Positions 23,170-36,000 of a stretch of 64,000 bases of DNA are shown in pieces. Position numbers and translations under genes: made by a program. The notes under the pieces are model-generated. The model had not been told where the DNA came from. It did no database searches and saw only the letters and a program-made list of their open reading frames with translations. This DNA is from Azolla caroliniana (taxonomy: Eukaryota > Plantae > Polypodiophyta), in NCBI GenBank assembly GCA_043228905.1, contig JBHGNT010000012.1, forward strand, positions 3,720,001 through 3,784,000. The letters are read 5' to 3'. Each line of letters starts with the position of its first letter. Within the stretch, counting starts at the first letter, position 1.

Positions 23170-24608
23170 CACTTCGAAACAAGTGGGTGTTCAAGCTGAA
23201 ACCGGGAGATGCCGGAAACCCCTCGAGATACAAAGCCAGGATCGTGGTGAAGGGGTTTCAGCAGAAGAAGGGCGTCGACTTCGACGAGATATTCGCCCCG
23301 GTAGTGAAGATGACCTCCATTCGGACGGTGCTGAGCATAGCGGCAAGCATGGACCTCGAGGTAGAACAGATGGACGTGAAGACGGCATTCCTTCACGGTG
23401 ACCTCGAAGAAGAGATATACATGCAGCAACCGGAAGGATTCGAGAAGAAAGGGAAGGAGCACCTGGTATGCCGGTTGAAGAAGAGCCTTTACGGACTGAA
23501 GCAGGCTCCTCGGCAATGGTACCGGAAGTTCGACTCCTTCATGACCGACGAAGGGTACCACAAAACGCAGTCTGATCACTGCGTGTTTGTGAAGAAGTTC
23601 GAAGGAGGAGACTCTCTAATACTCCTCCTGTACGTGGACGACATGTTGATCGTCGGACGGGACCAGGTCAAGATACGGACGTTGAAGAAAGCACTTCACC
23701 GAACCTTCTCAATGAAGGACCTGGGTCCGGCGAGGCAAATACTAGGGATGCACATCATCCGGGACCAGAAGAAGAAGCAGTTGTGGCTGTCACAGGAGAA
23801 GTACGTGACAAAGGTGCTTCACCGGTTCAACATGTCGGAAGCAAGACCGGTCGGATCAACCCTCCCGGCAAACTGCAAGTTGTCCAGCAAGCAAAGCCCC
23901 AAGACAAAGGCTGAGAAGGAGGACATGATGAAAGTACCATATGCCTCTGCCGTCGGAAGCTTGATGTACGCAATGGTGTGTACAAGACCGGACATAGGAT
24001 ATGCAGTCGGAGTGGTGAGCCGGTACATGAGCAATCCCGGCAAAGAGCACTGGAACGCGGTCAAATGGATACTCCGATACTTAAAGGGCACTTCGAACAT
24101 GTGTCTCCGATTCGGCTCCGGTAAGCCCGAACTCGATGGATTTACCGATTCGGACATGTCGGCTGATGCGGATACCAGCCGGTCTACATCTGGGTATGTA
24201 ATGACATATGCAGGGGGAGCTGTTTCGTGGCAGTCGAGGTTGCAGAAGACGGTTGCGTTGTCAACCACGGAGGCGGAGTACATGGCGGCTGTTGAAGCCG
24301 GCAAGGAAATAATTTGGATGAAGGACTTCATTAGAGAGCTCGGTATCCGACAGGAGGAGTACCGGCTCTACTGCGACAGTCAGAGTGCCATTCACCTTGC
24401 GAAGAATGCGGCCTATCACTCCCGGACGAAGCACATCCAGCGAAGACATCACTGGATCCGGGAAAGGATAGAAGACGAGGAGTTCGTGCTGACGAAGATC
24501 CACACAGACGAGAACGGGTCGGATATGCTAACCAAGGTGCTCACACCCGACAAGCTGGAAGCATGCCGGAAGAGGATCGGATTGGAGAGACATCCCATGC
24601 CGAAGTGA
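23170..24608 (+). CDS. Element B gag-pol, 3' part (RT, RNase H)
   Basis: Continues in frame from 17734 after removing C and one TSD (KGKR-ALRNKWVFK). QMDVKTAFLHG, LYVDDML, TDSD, AEY, YCDSQSA, stop at 24608. Confidence 0.95.
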
Positions 24609-27600
24609 AGGGGGAGTTTGTTGGGATTTCGGTCCCTCCGGATGGGATGTCCGGAGATGAATGACGGCAAGCCCGGAACCGGATGATGAAGAATACCCGG
24701 TATGAAGCCGGATGAAGAGTACCCGGATACGGATCCGGATGATGAAGTACCCGGATACGGATCCGGATGATGAAGTACCCGGATACGGATCCGGATGATA
24801 AAGACCCCAGCTACGGAGCCGGATGATGGAGACCCCGGCTACGGAGCCGGATGATGGAGACCCCGGCTACGGAGCCGGATGACGAATGTACCCGGAGAGA
24901 GATCCGGATGCGGGGACATATTTGTGAATATGTTTGCCAAGGGCCCTTGAGGCTATATTTGTAAATAGCCCGAAAGTCATATGTGTATAAATATGACTTA
25001 GGGCAAACAGTTTTGTTGTTGCTCATCTTTCTGTTTTCCACTTACATGGAGCGAAGTGAGAGCAGCCGAGAGAGAGAGAGAGAGAGACGAAGAGGTCGTT
25101 GCCTCTGTGTATTACCGCCGCCTGTGGCGAAGACAGTGAGCTCAAGGTTGTTGCCTTGAAGCTTCATCATTGTACATCTCTGTTCATAGTGATAGTTGGA
25201 GTTTGAGGACTCCCGTGGTTTTTTCCCGTATAGGGTTTTCCACGTTAATCCCTGTGTTATTGTGTCTTTCTCTGTATTTCCAATTTTTCTGCAACAACGA
25301 TTCGTGTGTTTCCTTGGTTGTGGCCGAGTGGCGAAGGTGAATCGGAGCGTCGATTTTCAACACTTTTCACTAGTGATAAAAGTGACGACCCTTCAATTTA
25401 TGATCGGCGGAGAGGTAGCCAAGGATTTGGAGCTGATTCAGCTAGATGTCAAAACAACATTTCTCCACGGTGACTTAGAGGAGGAAATTTATATGGAGCC
25501 TGAAAGGCTTTGTGGCATCCAGCTAGGAACATTTAGTATGCCAACTCAGGAAGAGTCTATACGGCCTAAAGCAAGCACTAAGACAATGGTACAAGAAATT
25601 CAACGACTTCATCCAATCCGTCGGCTTGTCAAAGAGCGATGAGGACCATTGTCTCTTCACCAAAACAACTCAAGATGGGTCTCCCATTTTCCTCATCGTC
25701 TACGTGGAAGACATGCTACTCTACAATCAACATGCCAGAGAACTCATTGAACTTGTTCGACAACTGCGATTGAAGTTTGCCGTGAAGGATGTCGGTCCGG
25801 CAAGATATATTCTCGGAATGAAGATTAGTAGAATTCAAACTAGATGATAGTTGTCCCTGTATCAAGCCGACTACATTGAACTTGTCTTAGAACGTTTCAA
25901 CATGCAATCGGTGAAATTTGCTTCGACCTCGCTCCCCATTAGCCTTTGGCTGTCTCAACGAAACTGCCTGACATCCGATCCGAAGAGGGAAGATATGAAG
26001 TCGGTACCATATGCACCGATAGTCAAAGTCATCAGGAGATTCATGCACAATCTTGGCCGATCGCATTGGAACGCAGTCAAGCATGTGTTCAGATACTTGA
26101 TGGACACAAACGACTATGGCATTCTATTCGGCCCGAATGATACTTTAGGTGTAGTTGGATACACCGACGTGGACTTTGCCGATTGTGTGGATAGTCAAAA
26201 ATCAAAAATCGGATACTGTTTCAAATTCGGCAATAGAGTGATCTCGTGGAAATCGAAACTTTAGAAGTGCATTGCCACATCAACGACCGAAGCCGAATAT
26301 GTAGCCGCGTTGGACGTGGCGAAAGAGGCCTTATGGCTCGGTCGGTTGGCTTGCACGTTTCGACAGGTCGACCCTGACTCGGCTCCAGTTGTCTACAATG
26401 ACAGTCAGGGTGTTGTCGCTCTATCAAAAAATCCAGTTCAACACAACACCTTGAAGCATATCGACGTTCAATATCACTTTGTTCGGGACTGCATCACTTC
26501 AGGGAAAATTGACCTCAAGAAAATACCTACAACCGATAATGTCACATACAGAATGATCAAGTGTCTTTCGATGGATCGATTCCGATCCCTTCGGCACCAT
26601 ATGGGCGTAGAGAAGAATCGGTGTGATTGAGTCAAACACTCAGATTGGTATCGGACAATCATCATCGACAGTTCAAGGTTCGGCTTTAGGTTTTCTGACT
26701 CCAGCCGATTCGGCCTTCTGCTCTCGAATTTCACCAACCCGAACAAAGCCGACTTGTTCAACAACCTTGTATAAATCTATATTCTTTTTCGTTTATTACA
26801 TATTCTCTGTTGTATACGCCCATTACTGGAGAATGTCAAATACCGGTCTCTAATGGATGTATTCACATTATCCCATTTGATACACTAGGTTTAACTACTT
26901 TTGTAAATAGCGAGAAGGTTAGTTACCCTAAGTTAGTTAGTATATAAACTGACTTTGTAACCTAGTTTAGTGTCGTTTTTCAGGTCGTTGCTGCCACCAT
27001 ACAGTTGTAACTCAGAGTTCAAATAATACATTTACATTGTGCTTGTGCCATCACTGTTTTCTTTTCTCCTTGTAACTTTGTTGATCTTGCCTCATGATTT
27101 AGTTGTCTACTGCTCTCAATATGTTTTTGTCTTCTCTTTGACGATCTTTATCACAAAGAGTGTTGAGATATCGTTCCGCACCAAGACGGCCGCATTCAAC
27201 AGTTTGGAATGACAAAGTGTAACCTGACTTTCGGCACAGAAGAGTGTGACCCGACTTCCTATGGTCAACTAGTCAAAAGCCTAATCTATCTCACCATTAC
27301 TCAGTCTAACCTCACGTATCCAATCGGCCTCCTTACCCAATTTATGCAAACACCACGCAACATTCTTTTGGATTGTGCTAAGTGAGTGTTACGCTATGTA
27401 AGTGGGACGATGGATTTCGACATCCTCTACAAGTCAGCCACATCAATTCGACTCGAAGGGTACACCAATGCCAATTGGACTGACTACAAAGCCGACAAAC
27501 GATCAACATCCGGATTCCTCTTCTCCTTTAGTAGTGGAGCCATCTCATGGAGCAGTAAGAAACAGCCAATGGCCGCATTGTCGAGCATAGAAGCCGAATA

Positions 27601-28101
27601 CATGGGCGCAAGCCGTTTGGCTCAAACGAATAATGAAGGATCTGGGTGTTCCCATCAAGGATCTGATTCTCTTGCATTGCGACAACATGAGCAACATGAG
27701 CAACATGAGCAACATTCACCTGGCCCACAACCCAGTATTCCATGCTCAGAGCAAGCACATCGAAGTGCATTATCACTTCAACCGAGAGCATGTCATGGCC
27801 GGAGGTGCCGACCTGCAAAACATTAGTACGAATCTACAAACGGCCGACATCTTCACGAAGGCCCTATGAGCAAACGAGCTATGACAGTTCATGACAAATC
27901 TCAGTCTCTAGATCACCGACCAACCGAGCTTGAGGGGGAGTATGGATAAGGAGTCATCCAACACGACGAACAGACCAAAGAGAACACAAGAGTGAGTCGG
28001 CCATCGAAAGCCGAAGCTGACCCAAAGACCAGTCCGAACCAACTTTTCGGCGACCGAAAGTTGTGTTTGACGGGGCATGTTGAGAATCAAACTCAACTTC
28101 C

Positions 28102-28463
28102 TGTTGCAAACCAGCCGTCAGGTGCGAAACAACATCAACACTCTTTGAGATGAAGATCCTCATAGTGTACAAGGAAACAAGTTAATAACATAACACAACT
28201 GAAATCTAAGACAATATCAACAATGGAACAAAAGGAAGAGAGACATCAAAGTAGGCACAAGCAAGATGTAACTATATTATTCTCAAAATGTTACCAAAGC
28301 ACAATGTACAAAAATGAACAACCTTAACACTAGGTTACAAGAGTCAATTTAAATATTAAGTGACTTAGGGCAACTACCCTTTCCACTATTTACAAGAATA
28401 ACCCAAACCTAGTGTGTCCAATGGGACAATGTGAATACGTCCATTAGAGACCCGTATTCGACA
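28102..28463 (-). mobile_element. Solo LTR of the element-A family
   Basis: Reverse complement of the 11330-11697 LTR type (tgtcgaatacgggtctctaatggacg...tgcaaca). Perfect 5-bp TSD CTTCC at 28097-28101 and 28464-28468. Confidence 0.88.
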
Positions 28464-28536
28464 CTTCCCTAATGTGGGAATACACCTTAGTATACTCAAG
28501 TGTGTAAATATCCCACCTTTTTTGTATCATAAGTTC

Positions 28537-29496
28537 CATAGAATGAACCATATGTATCATACCTGCATTCGCATTCGAGAATGATTTAATCAAACGTGTA
28601 TGGTAAATCATCTCAAAGTTGGATTGGATTGACTAGGGTCTATATTAAATATTGATTCACTCTCAATCGTAATAAGTGGACTCTAATACATTGTGAACCA
28701 CCAACATAAGTATGGTTGCAATATTTGCATTGTATCACATGCATGCTTTTGGGATGCAAATCAAGACATCTCTATCATCCTCACTTTAGAACTTTACAAA
28801 AAAATGAGTATGAACTATAGAGATTGAATCAAAATATGTCATTATAAATTATAATCAAACGTTCAAAAACTCATAAAATGTATATTCGAGAATATGAAGA
28901 AAACATGACATAGGCAGTATTAGCATAACAACTTACCACTAGGGTGACCTAATTTCTAATAACAAAGAAAGAAAGAAAGAAAAAGGAACATGACACTAAC
29001 ATAAAATTTTGCCATGACATAGGCAGTAGTAGCATAACAACTTACCACTCGGGTGAGCTAATTTCTAATAACAAAGAAAGAAAGAAAAAGAAGAAAAAGG
29101 AACATGACACTAACATAAAATTTTGCCATGACACTAACAAGAGGATATGAGAAAGTTGGGAATTGAACCCAATACATAATTAATAATAGCATAACAACTT
29201 ACCACTAGGTTGTGCTTAGTTGTAATAATAAAAAAATAAAAGAAAAAAAGTACTAACATAAAATTTTGCTATTACATGGTACTAATGTGAGAGAGAGAGA
29301 GAAAGAGATGATAAATTTGGGAGTCAAACCCAAGACATAGACAACAATAGCATGACTCCTTACCACTAGGCTGAGCTAAATTGTAATATAATAAATGAAA
29401 AAATAGAAAAAAAAGGAGTACATATTTTTCCCATTTCAAACGTGTTCGTTTCCAAACGTTGGAATGTTTGCACGAACACGAATATTACGTTCTATG
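28537..29496. mobile_element. MITE-like non-autonomous element with CATAGAA termini containing tandem tRNA-like units
   Basis: catagaatg... / ...cgttctatg ends; interrupts the Copia LTR; repeated agcataacaacttaccact(a/c)gg units at 28920-29380. No clear TSD. Confidence 0.5.
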
Positions 29497-32461
29497 AGAT
29501 TCATAACTAATGTGCCATAGAAGTTAAGTCCTATGACACATATTTAGTAGGTAGTTAAGTCTCCACCTCTTTTGTAAGAGATGGTTGTAGTGAGAGTGAG
29601 AGAGAGGTGACTACAGAAGCACCTTGTCCTTCTCTGTGTAATAGTTGGTCATTGTATTCTCTTGTCAACACACTTTTCTTGTTTTCTATATACATTGTGT
29701 TCTCTCTCTCTCTCTCTCTCTCTCTCAACTACATAGACACATACATACACATTCTGCTGCACATAATCATATATGATTCTTTATATAAATGTTATAGACT
29801 TTAGCAACAATCAACTTATCTTTTGTTTTCTTTATTTTGATTCATTGACTTAGCGTTCATTTTTATGTACAATTTAATGAATTGTTGACTTAACTTTTAT
29901 ATTATATTGCTTTGTTTTGGTTGATTCATCAAATTAAAGTCAAGTATATAAAGACTTGAACAAATGATCAATTTATATTTTCATCAATTCATTGACTTAA
30001 ATTTTGCTCTTTATAGACTGAAATGAATGTTTGAGTTAGCTTCTATTCTGTAAATGCAACCACGCCCTCAACTTCATTATTTATTTCTATTGTATGATAT
30101 GATACTCAACTAAAAACATGTTTGTAAGATGCTAAACATAGGGGTCAAACAAAAGGTTACTCTATAAAATCATGGATGAGTATGTTGGGTCATGTCTATA
30201 ACCATCAACAATTTAGATACCCATCATGGATGACCATGCAAGAGTCTTAGATGAGATATGGATAACCTAAAGAAACTTATTTTGTCAAATACTTACTAAT
30301 GCTCGATCAAAAACTTGCACGCGAGTTGTTAACACATGTGTGCCTCTATTATAGAATAAAGCAAAGGGAACAACTTCCCTATGTGGTATGAATTTCACAT
30401 ATAATAACGTGAACGTTGCATCAAGTCTTTTGTCAGTAAATGAATGTTCTAGAACATATCTATATGGTTGGTGTATGTTTAAGCATGCATGCATCAAGTG
30501 GAACATTCAATTTGAACAAAATTGAACTCAAGTAAGGCAATGACATTTAATCCATGACAGATTTTCTAGACCATTGTTTCTACTTTTATAGGATGCTGAA
30601 ATATTTAGTGGTCCCACAATGTAAGCAATTTTCAAACCCCAATAATTTCTTATACTTGTCAATCTATAACTTGGTTTTGCTTCATTACAGTGGTGTTGTC
30701 CACCTTAGTGAATCCAAACTTAATTGAGATGTGTTTTGATGATTACCAAACCCATATTGGCTTTGCCAATGGCGAAAAGGTTGACATTGGCAAATAATGG
30801 AATTTATATTCTAAACCAAAACAAGCATTTTGTTTACTGATGTATCATATTCCAACACATCTGAATTCTTTGAGTGTAATAGTGTCATTAGATACAAATC
30901 ATGACACTTACTTATGAACTCTCTTGATCTCTTTTGTTATCAAAACGAACATTCAAATACAAACTACTCTTCTCCCGATGTGCTGGAGTCTTATCCTCCT
31001 TTAGTAAACATTTACAAATCAAGTTCCCGTTCACAAAAGATTCATATTGCATAGATTGCCTTGAACATGAGGAACACTTGGCTCCACAACTTCGCCAATA
31101 TGTACTTGCTTGCACTTTAAAATCCAATTACGAACATGATGCTCACTAAGGCATGTGCCACTTTGCCTCTTGCAAGTAATGACCCCATTAATGCATCTCT
31201 TCTATTTTGGGCAGAGAGAGTCTTCCATTTGTACACACTTTCCAAACGCGACAAATATCAATAATGTCCTTGATAATATAAAACTGTTAAGAATAATTGC
31301 TTCTTGCCAATGTAAGTGGAAATAATTAGTTTCAAATATGTGTGTATGAATGTAAAAAGTATGAATGTTTAGTTATGCGTGGATTTTTCGATATGAAATG
31401 ATACTCTCGGAGGAGCTATCAATGATTAAGGCACATAACATTCATGCAAGAAGAAAGATGCAGTGTGATAGTTCTAGGTAAAAAAAATTGTATCCTACAT
31501 GTGTATGTTTCTTTTTTATCATGAGGTTTGGGTGATGAAACAAAATATTATCATCCATATCTACCACCTCATTACATCGAAAATGAAGTTGTATCCCTTG
31601 CACTTTAGTGGCTATATTTCTTCATTAGGTACCCACTTTGGAACAACAAGGCATTCACACAATGAGACCATATCCACAACAATAGACATTCATCATGAAT
31701 TTGTGTACAATTCGTAAAATTCGATTCAATACATAATGTCAAGTGACATATAATAAGTAGCATTGATGGAGATTATGTTTTTTTACAGATCTAATAAGCT
31801 AGTTGAACAAGAGGAAAGGGGTGAAAGGAGGGCAAATGTGGTACTAAGTAGTCTAGATAAACTATGTTCTTTAATCTCATGTGATACAATTTTACTCGTT
31901 TGATATCCATGCAAGCTTCTACAAGATAGCCAATACACAATGTCCAAATGACTAGTCTCGACAACACGCTTTGTTGACCACAATATCCAACAATCTAAAG
32001 AGGCATTAATGAGGGCATGAGTGGTAGTCAAGCTCATAGAGATAGTCTCAACATTCCTCTCAATGACGATGATGATATCTAATGCAATATGGGATGCCCA
32101 ACCAAGCCATTTTGGTATCATTATCAATGAAGCCATCCAACAACCCAAACCCTCTAGAGAAGATGATTGGAGGGTTAAAGCAAGGGAGCAATGCTTAGTC
32201 GAGGCCAAGTGCCCATTGTATTATTTCGAGGTTTGACTGGTACTCCCTCTATTTGCTATGCTATGCCACACTCTTGAAGCGGGGTGGCGACATTCGAGTT
32301 GTTTCGATAGCAGAGTGTAATTGATGATGCCAACGACATTGAATCATCCAAAGAAGAAGAAGAAGAAGAAGAAGGCATGATGGGAGCAATCGGGAGAGGT
32401 ATTTTCTGCTATTTGGTCGAGCACAGTAGGCTCTCGATGACAATAACATTCAACATTCGAG

Positions 32462-32650
32462 AGTATACATGTATAAATATATATTAGATATGTATACATG
32501 CATTACACATATATACACACATATACATATACATATACATATACTGTTATACTCTATACATATATGTATCTGTATGTATACATATATGTATGTATTTGTA
32601 TGTATACATATGATTATATCAATATGTATGGATAGGATATATTTATTATA
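32462..32650. repeat. (TA/CA)-rich microsatellite region upstream of the RING gene
   Basis: tatacatatacat... low-complexity tract. Confidence 0.8.
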
Positions 32651-33085
32651 TGTGAATCTGTGATAAACGTGGAGCCGCTTTTTATTCACTCACTTTCTTT
32701 TCTTTTTCTTCTTCCTTCTGTTTATTTTTTCTTCTTCTTCTTCATTTTGCTCTGCTTTCCTTTCCTTTCTGTTTGGCCGTGTCAACACGCGCTTCGTTTT
32801 CTTCTTCGTCTTTCTTCGTTTCCATTCCCCTCCCCCGAGCTCGCCATCGCCATCGCCATCGCCATCGCCACATTCTCTGTCTCTCTGTCTCTCTCTCTTT
32901 CCAGTCTCCTCTGCTTTGGATTTCTGTTCCTGCTCCGTGGCTCCATCGACAGACTCTCTCCTATCCGATCTCGAAACTAGGGTTTTCCGTACGTTCCTGT
33001 AGGATCGGAGCCCCGAAAGTTTATTCGGAGAACGAATCGGTTTTACTTCTCTCTCTCTCTCTCTCGTTTGTTTCATTCCACCAAT

Positions 33086-36000
33086 ATGACTGATGAACAC
33101 GTTGCCGTCTCTGTTGACAATTTCCCTACATCATCGACCTCAGCTTCATCTCAGCTTGTCCTCTCTCAGAACAATATCCCTGATCACGATCCCTGCCAAA
33201 ACTCGCAGCAGCAGGACGAAGAAGAGAAATCTCCTCTTTTGAATGAGAATTTGTCTGGTCAAGGTACCATTCACATCATAGACGAGAACTCTGTGAGGAA
33301 CGAGAACGTCAACGGAGGTTTTTCTCGGTATTTTAAAATGGTTATGCCAGATATTATGCGCAGAAAAGAGGTTGGAAACTCAGAAAATGAGTATCTTCTT
33401 CCTGATACGGTTGTTGGCCATGGATCACATGTGGGAGATATAAAAATTGAAGTTAAGGTCGATGGTAACCAAGGAATTTCTTCAGCAGGCACATCCATGG
33501 ATCCCGAGAAGGGTTGCACTGAAGAAAATCATGGTGTTGGGCATGTGGAGAATGGATTGATAGGTTGTAGTCAACAATATGAAATAGGTATCAAACCTAC
33601 TGTTGGAGAATGCAGAATTTGTCAGGAAGAAGATGACATTGCTAATCTCGAGTCACCCTGTGCATGTTCTGGAAGTCTTAAGGTACCTTCTAAGTTCTTC
33701 CGTGAAAGGGTAGAATGTTTTTGAATCATGGATGCTTTGTTAATGCTAAGCTCGTTCTTGAAAGGATAGACATTTTTTATTGTGGATGCTTTGTTGGTCT
33801 TGAACGTTCTTCCTTGAGTGGGTAGAATGTTTGAATTGTGTATTTGCTGGAAGAAAGTGTTGATGTAGTGACGAATTCCCTTGATATATTTTAAAACATA
33901 TACACATGACCTTTCTAAAATTCATGCAATAGAATGCAAAGGTGAAATATTCTAGCAATGTGATAGAGAAAAAAATTTGTGTTCAGTGGAGATATGTAAA
34001 CATAATTCAGATCACTAACACAACTTCGTTTGGTGCTTTTTTAAAGGTCAAATTATATGTGAAAGCATGTAAGCTAGTAGCTACAAGGAAACTTAGATAT
34101 CTAATTCTTAAAGGGTTTAAGAGCTACTTATTTATGTTTAACAAGTGTGTATCATAGTTTTACCATATGGCAAATAGATTCATACATGTGCAGGTATGGA
34201 AGCTAGGTTCTTGGCTCTAGACTATGGTTTATCTGACCTTTAACGTCAATGAAATATCACAATTAGTAGTAACATTTGCACACATGCTGACTTTTTGGAA
34301 GCACACAATTTCAATTATGTCTCTAAAATGGCAAATTACACTGGCTCACTTCTTACATGTGCATCCTTGTATGATGCAAGGATGTTATAGAGTTTCTCAT
34401 TTGTAGATAACCTAAACAACTGATTGATTCCATATAAAAGGGCATCTTTCTTTCAACATCAAGTTAAAAATAGCTGACTATTGATTTTGTTCTTTTCTGT
34501 TTTCTGGGTGACATTTATAATAGACACAACCTAATTTCAAGTTACTTTTATGCAATGTTCTTCTACATATGAGTGTTTGCCTATCAGTCTTCCAAAATAT
34601 TGCAGCATTAAGCTAAAGTATGTTACTTTCTTTTAAATGCCTACATGTTTGTACCTGCTATATGTTTTTTTCTTTCAAAATATAACTTCTCGTTCTCCTA
34701 TAACTCTCTTTTTCCATCTTCGTTCTTATACATTCTCTAGGATGAATTCTAGTGGACGCACTGAATGAAACATGAACGTTTCTCTACTTATGCTTTCTTA
34801 AGTTGAAAATAATTGAATGCAAAACCCAAATTTGAACTTCCAAAATCAAGACGTAGTAACTAGATATTTTTGCATTTGAGAAAAGAAGCAAATCCTATCT
34901 ACTTAACATACGATGGGAGTATACCCCGTTAGTTTGTTGCTATAGAGATTGGGTGGGCAAACAACCTATTATTGGTGAGATGGTTGACCACTCTTGAGCA
35001 TGTGGATGGAGTGGGCTAGCTCGGTTGGTGAATGGTCTCCCTAACATCACCCCTACACCCAATTAAACAATGAAGAACATGTTAGCAATAGAGATTTAAT
35101 CTATGCTACTACATCTACTGAAGAAGTTGATCTCAAACACTTAAGGTACTTTAGGTTTGAGCTATGGCTTAAAAAATGAGGGTCAGTTTTTGGGGGTGAG
35201 AGAAAAAGAAAGATATGTTAATGTCTTTTAAGAGGCTAAAATGGCCTATAAGACTAAACAAGAGATTACATAAAAATTTAATAAGAAAGTGACTAAAGAA
35301 TCTCTTTATCTATCTATCTATCTATATTTAAGATTCTCAAGTTAGATAGATTGTAATTTTTGTTTTTGAAAGATCTTGTGGTTGATTCAAAATGCAGAAT
35401 TCCTTGAAGTAAAGGAAGCACCTATGGCCCCTAGGTTTCTACTCTATAGAAAGAATCAGAGCCAGAAGTGTATCAAATACCCACTGAACATGCTCCTGAA
35501 CCGCCAAATCTCTATATGTAATGCAATACCTCATCTATATATACTGAAGGGAGTAGGTGATAGTGGACATCCTTGTTTTACTCCAATTATGGTAGCCACA
35601 ACCTTTGACAACACATTGGGAGATCACATTTTTCTTGAAACAGATGCATAGATTTCCCATTGCACATCTATGGAGATGCCAAAGGCTTCTAGGCGATGCA
35701 TGAGCCAAACACAGAGTATGATGTTGAAGGCTTTCTGGAAATCCACAAAGCAGCAACAAATCCTCTTTTATGGGATTTGCCCTCCTTATCGTTAGGGGAT
35801 AGCTCTTTGCTGGACTCTGTGCGTTAGTTGCTGGTATGCTGTATTAGTGTGTAAACAAACTAGCAAATCTGCCTGGTGAATGGTTGGAACTTGTACATTT
35901 GAAGACTCAGCAGTATTTAGATTGGTATGAAGCCTCATTCTTTCTTTACGAAACGACATTTGTGCAGTGCGGGGCAGGAATACATGTTTGTTTCACGAGC

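Larger units (their letters stand above)
14353..25362 (+). mobile_element. Copia element B (Tork/Tnt1-Tto1-like), young, full length, interrupted by element C
   Basis: LTRs 14353-15068 and 24619-25362 (about 4 substitutions + one 28-bp unit). TSD CTTTT (14348-14352/25363-25367). PBS 15072-15083. PPT gaagggggag before 24619. Confidence 0.97.
11330..27201 (+). mobile_element. Copia element A (old, decayed), host of nested elements B and C
   Basis: LTRs 11330-11697 and 26834-27201 (368 bp each, many substitutions). PBS-Met 11700-11711. Decayed gag/PR/INT/RT 11800-14352, resuming at 25363-26630 (RT/RNase H). Confidence 0.9.
27202..29785 (+). mobile_element. Decayed Copia 3' end (RT C-term, RNase H, 3' LTR), same family as the element at 55831-61202
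   Basis: LRYVSGT..LEGYT..AISWSSKKQP..HIEVHYHF..TADIFTKAL. 3' LTR starts tgttgagaatcaaactcaac at 28078 and ends gattctttata at ~29785, split by two insertions. Confidence 0.8.

Noticed and set aside
15145-24670. Numerous antisense/alternate-frame ORFs in B and C
   Set aside because: Shadow ORFs of GC-rich coding sequence; recurrence only reflects B/C similarity.
30900-32450. Short ORFs upstream of the RING gene
   Set aside because: No recognisable domain or splice structure; likely decayed repeats.
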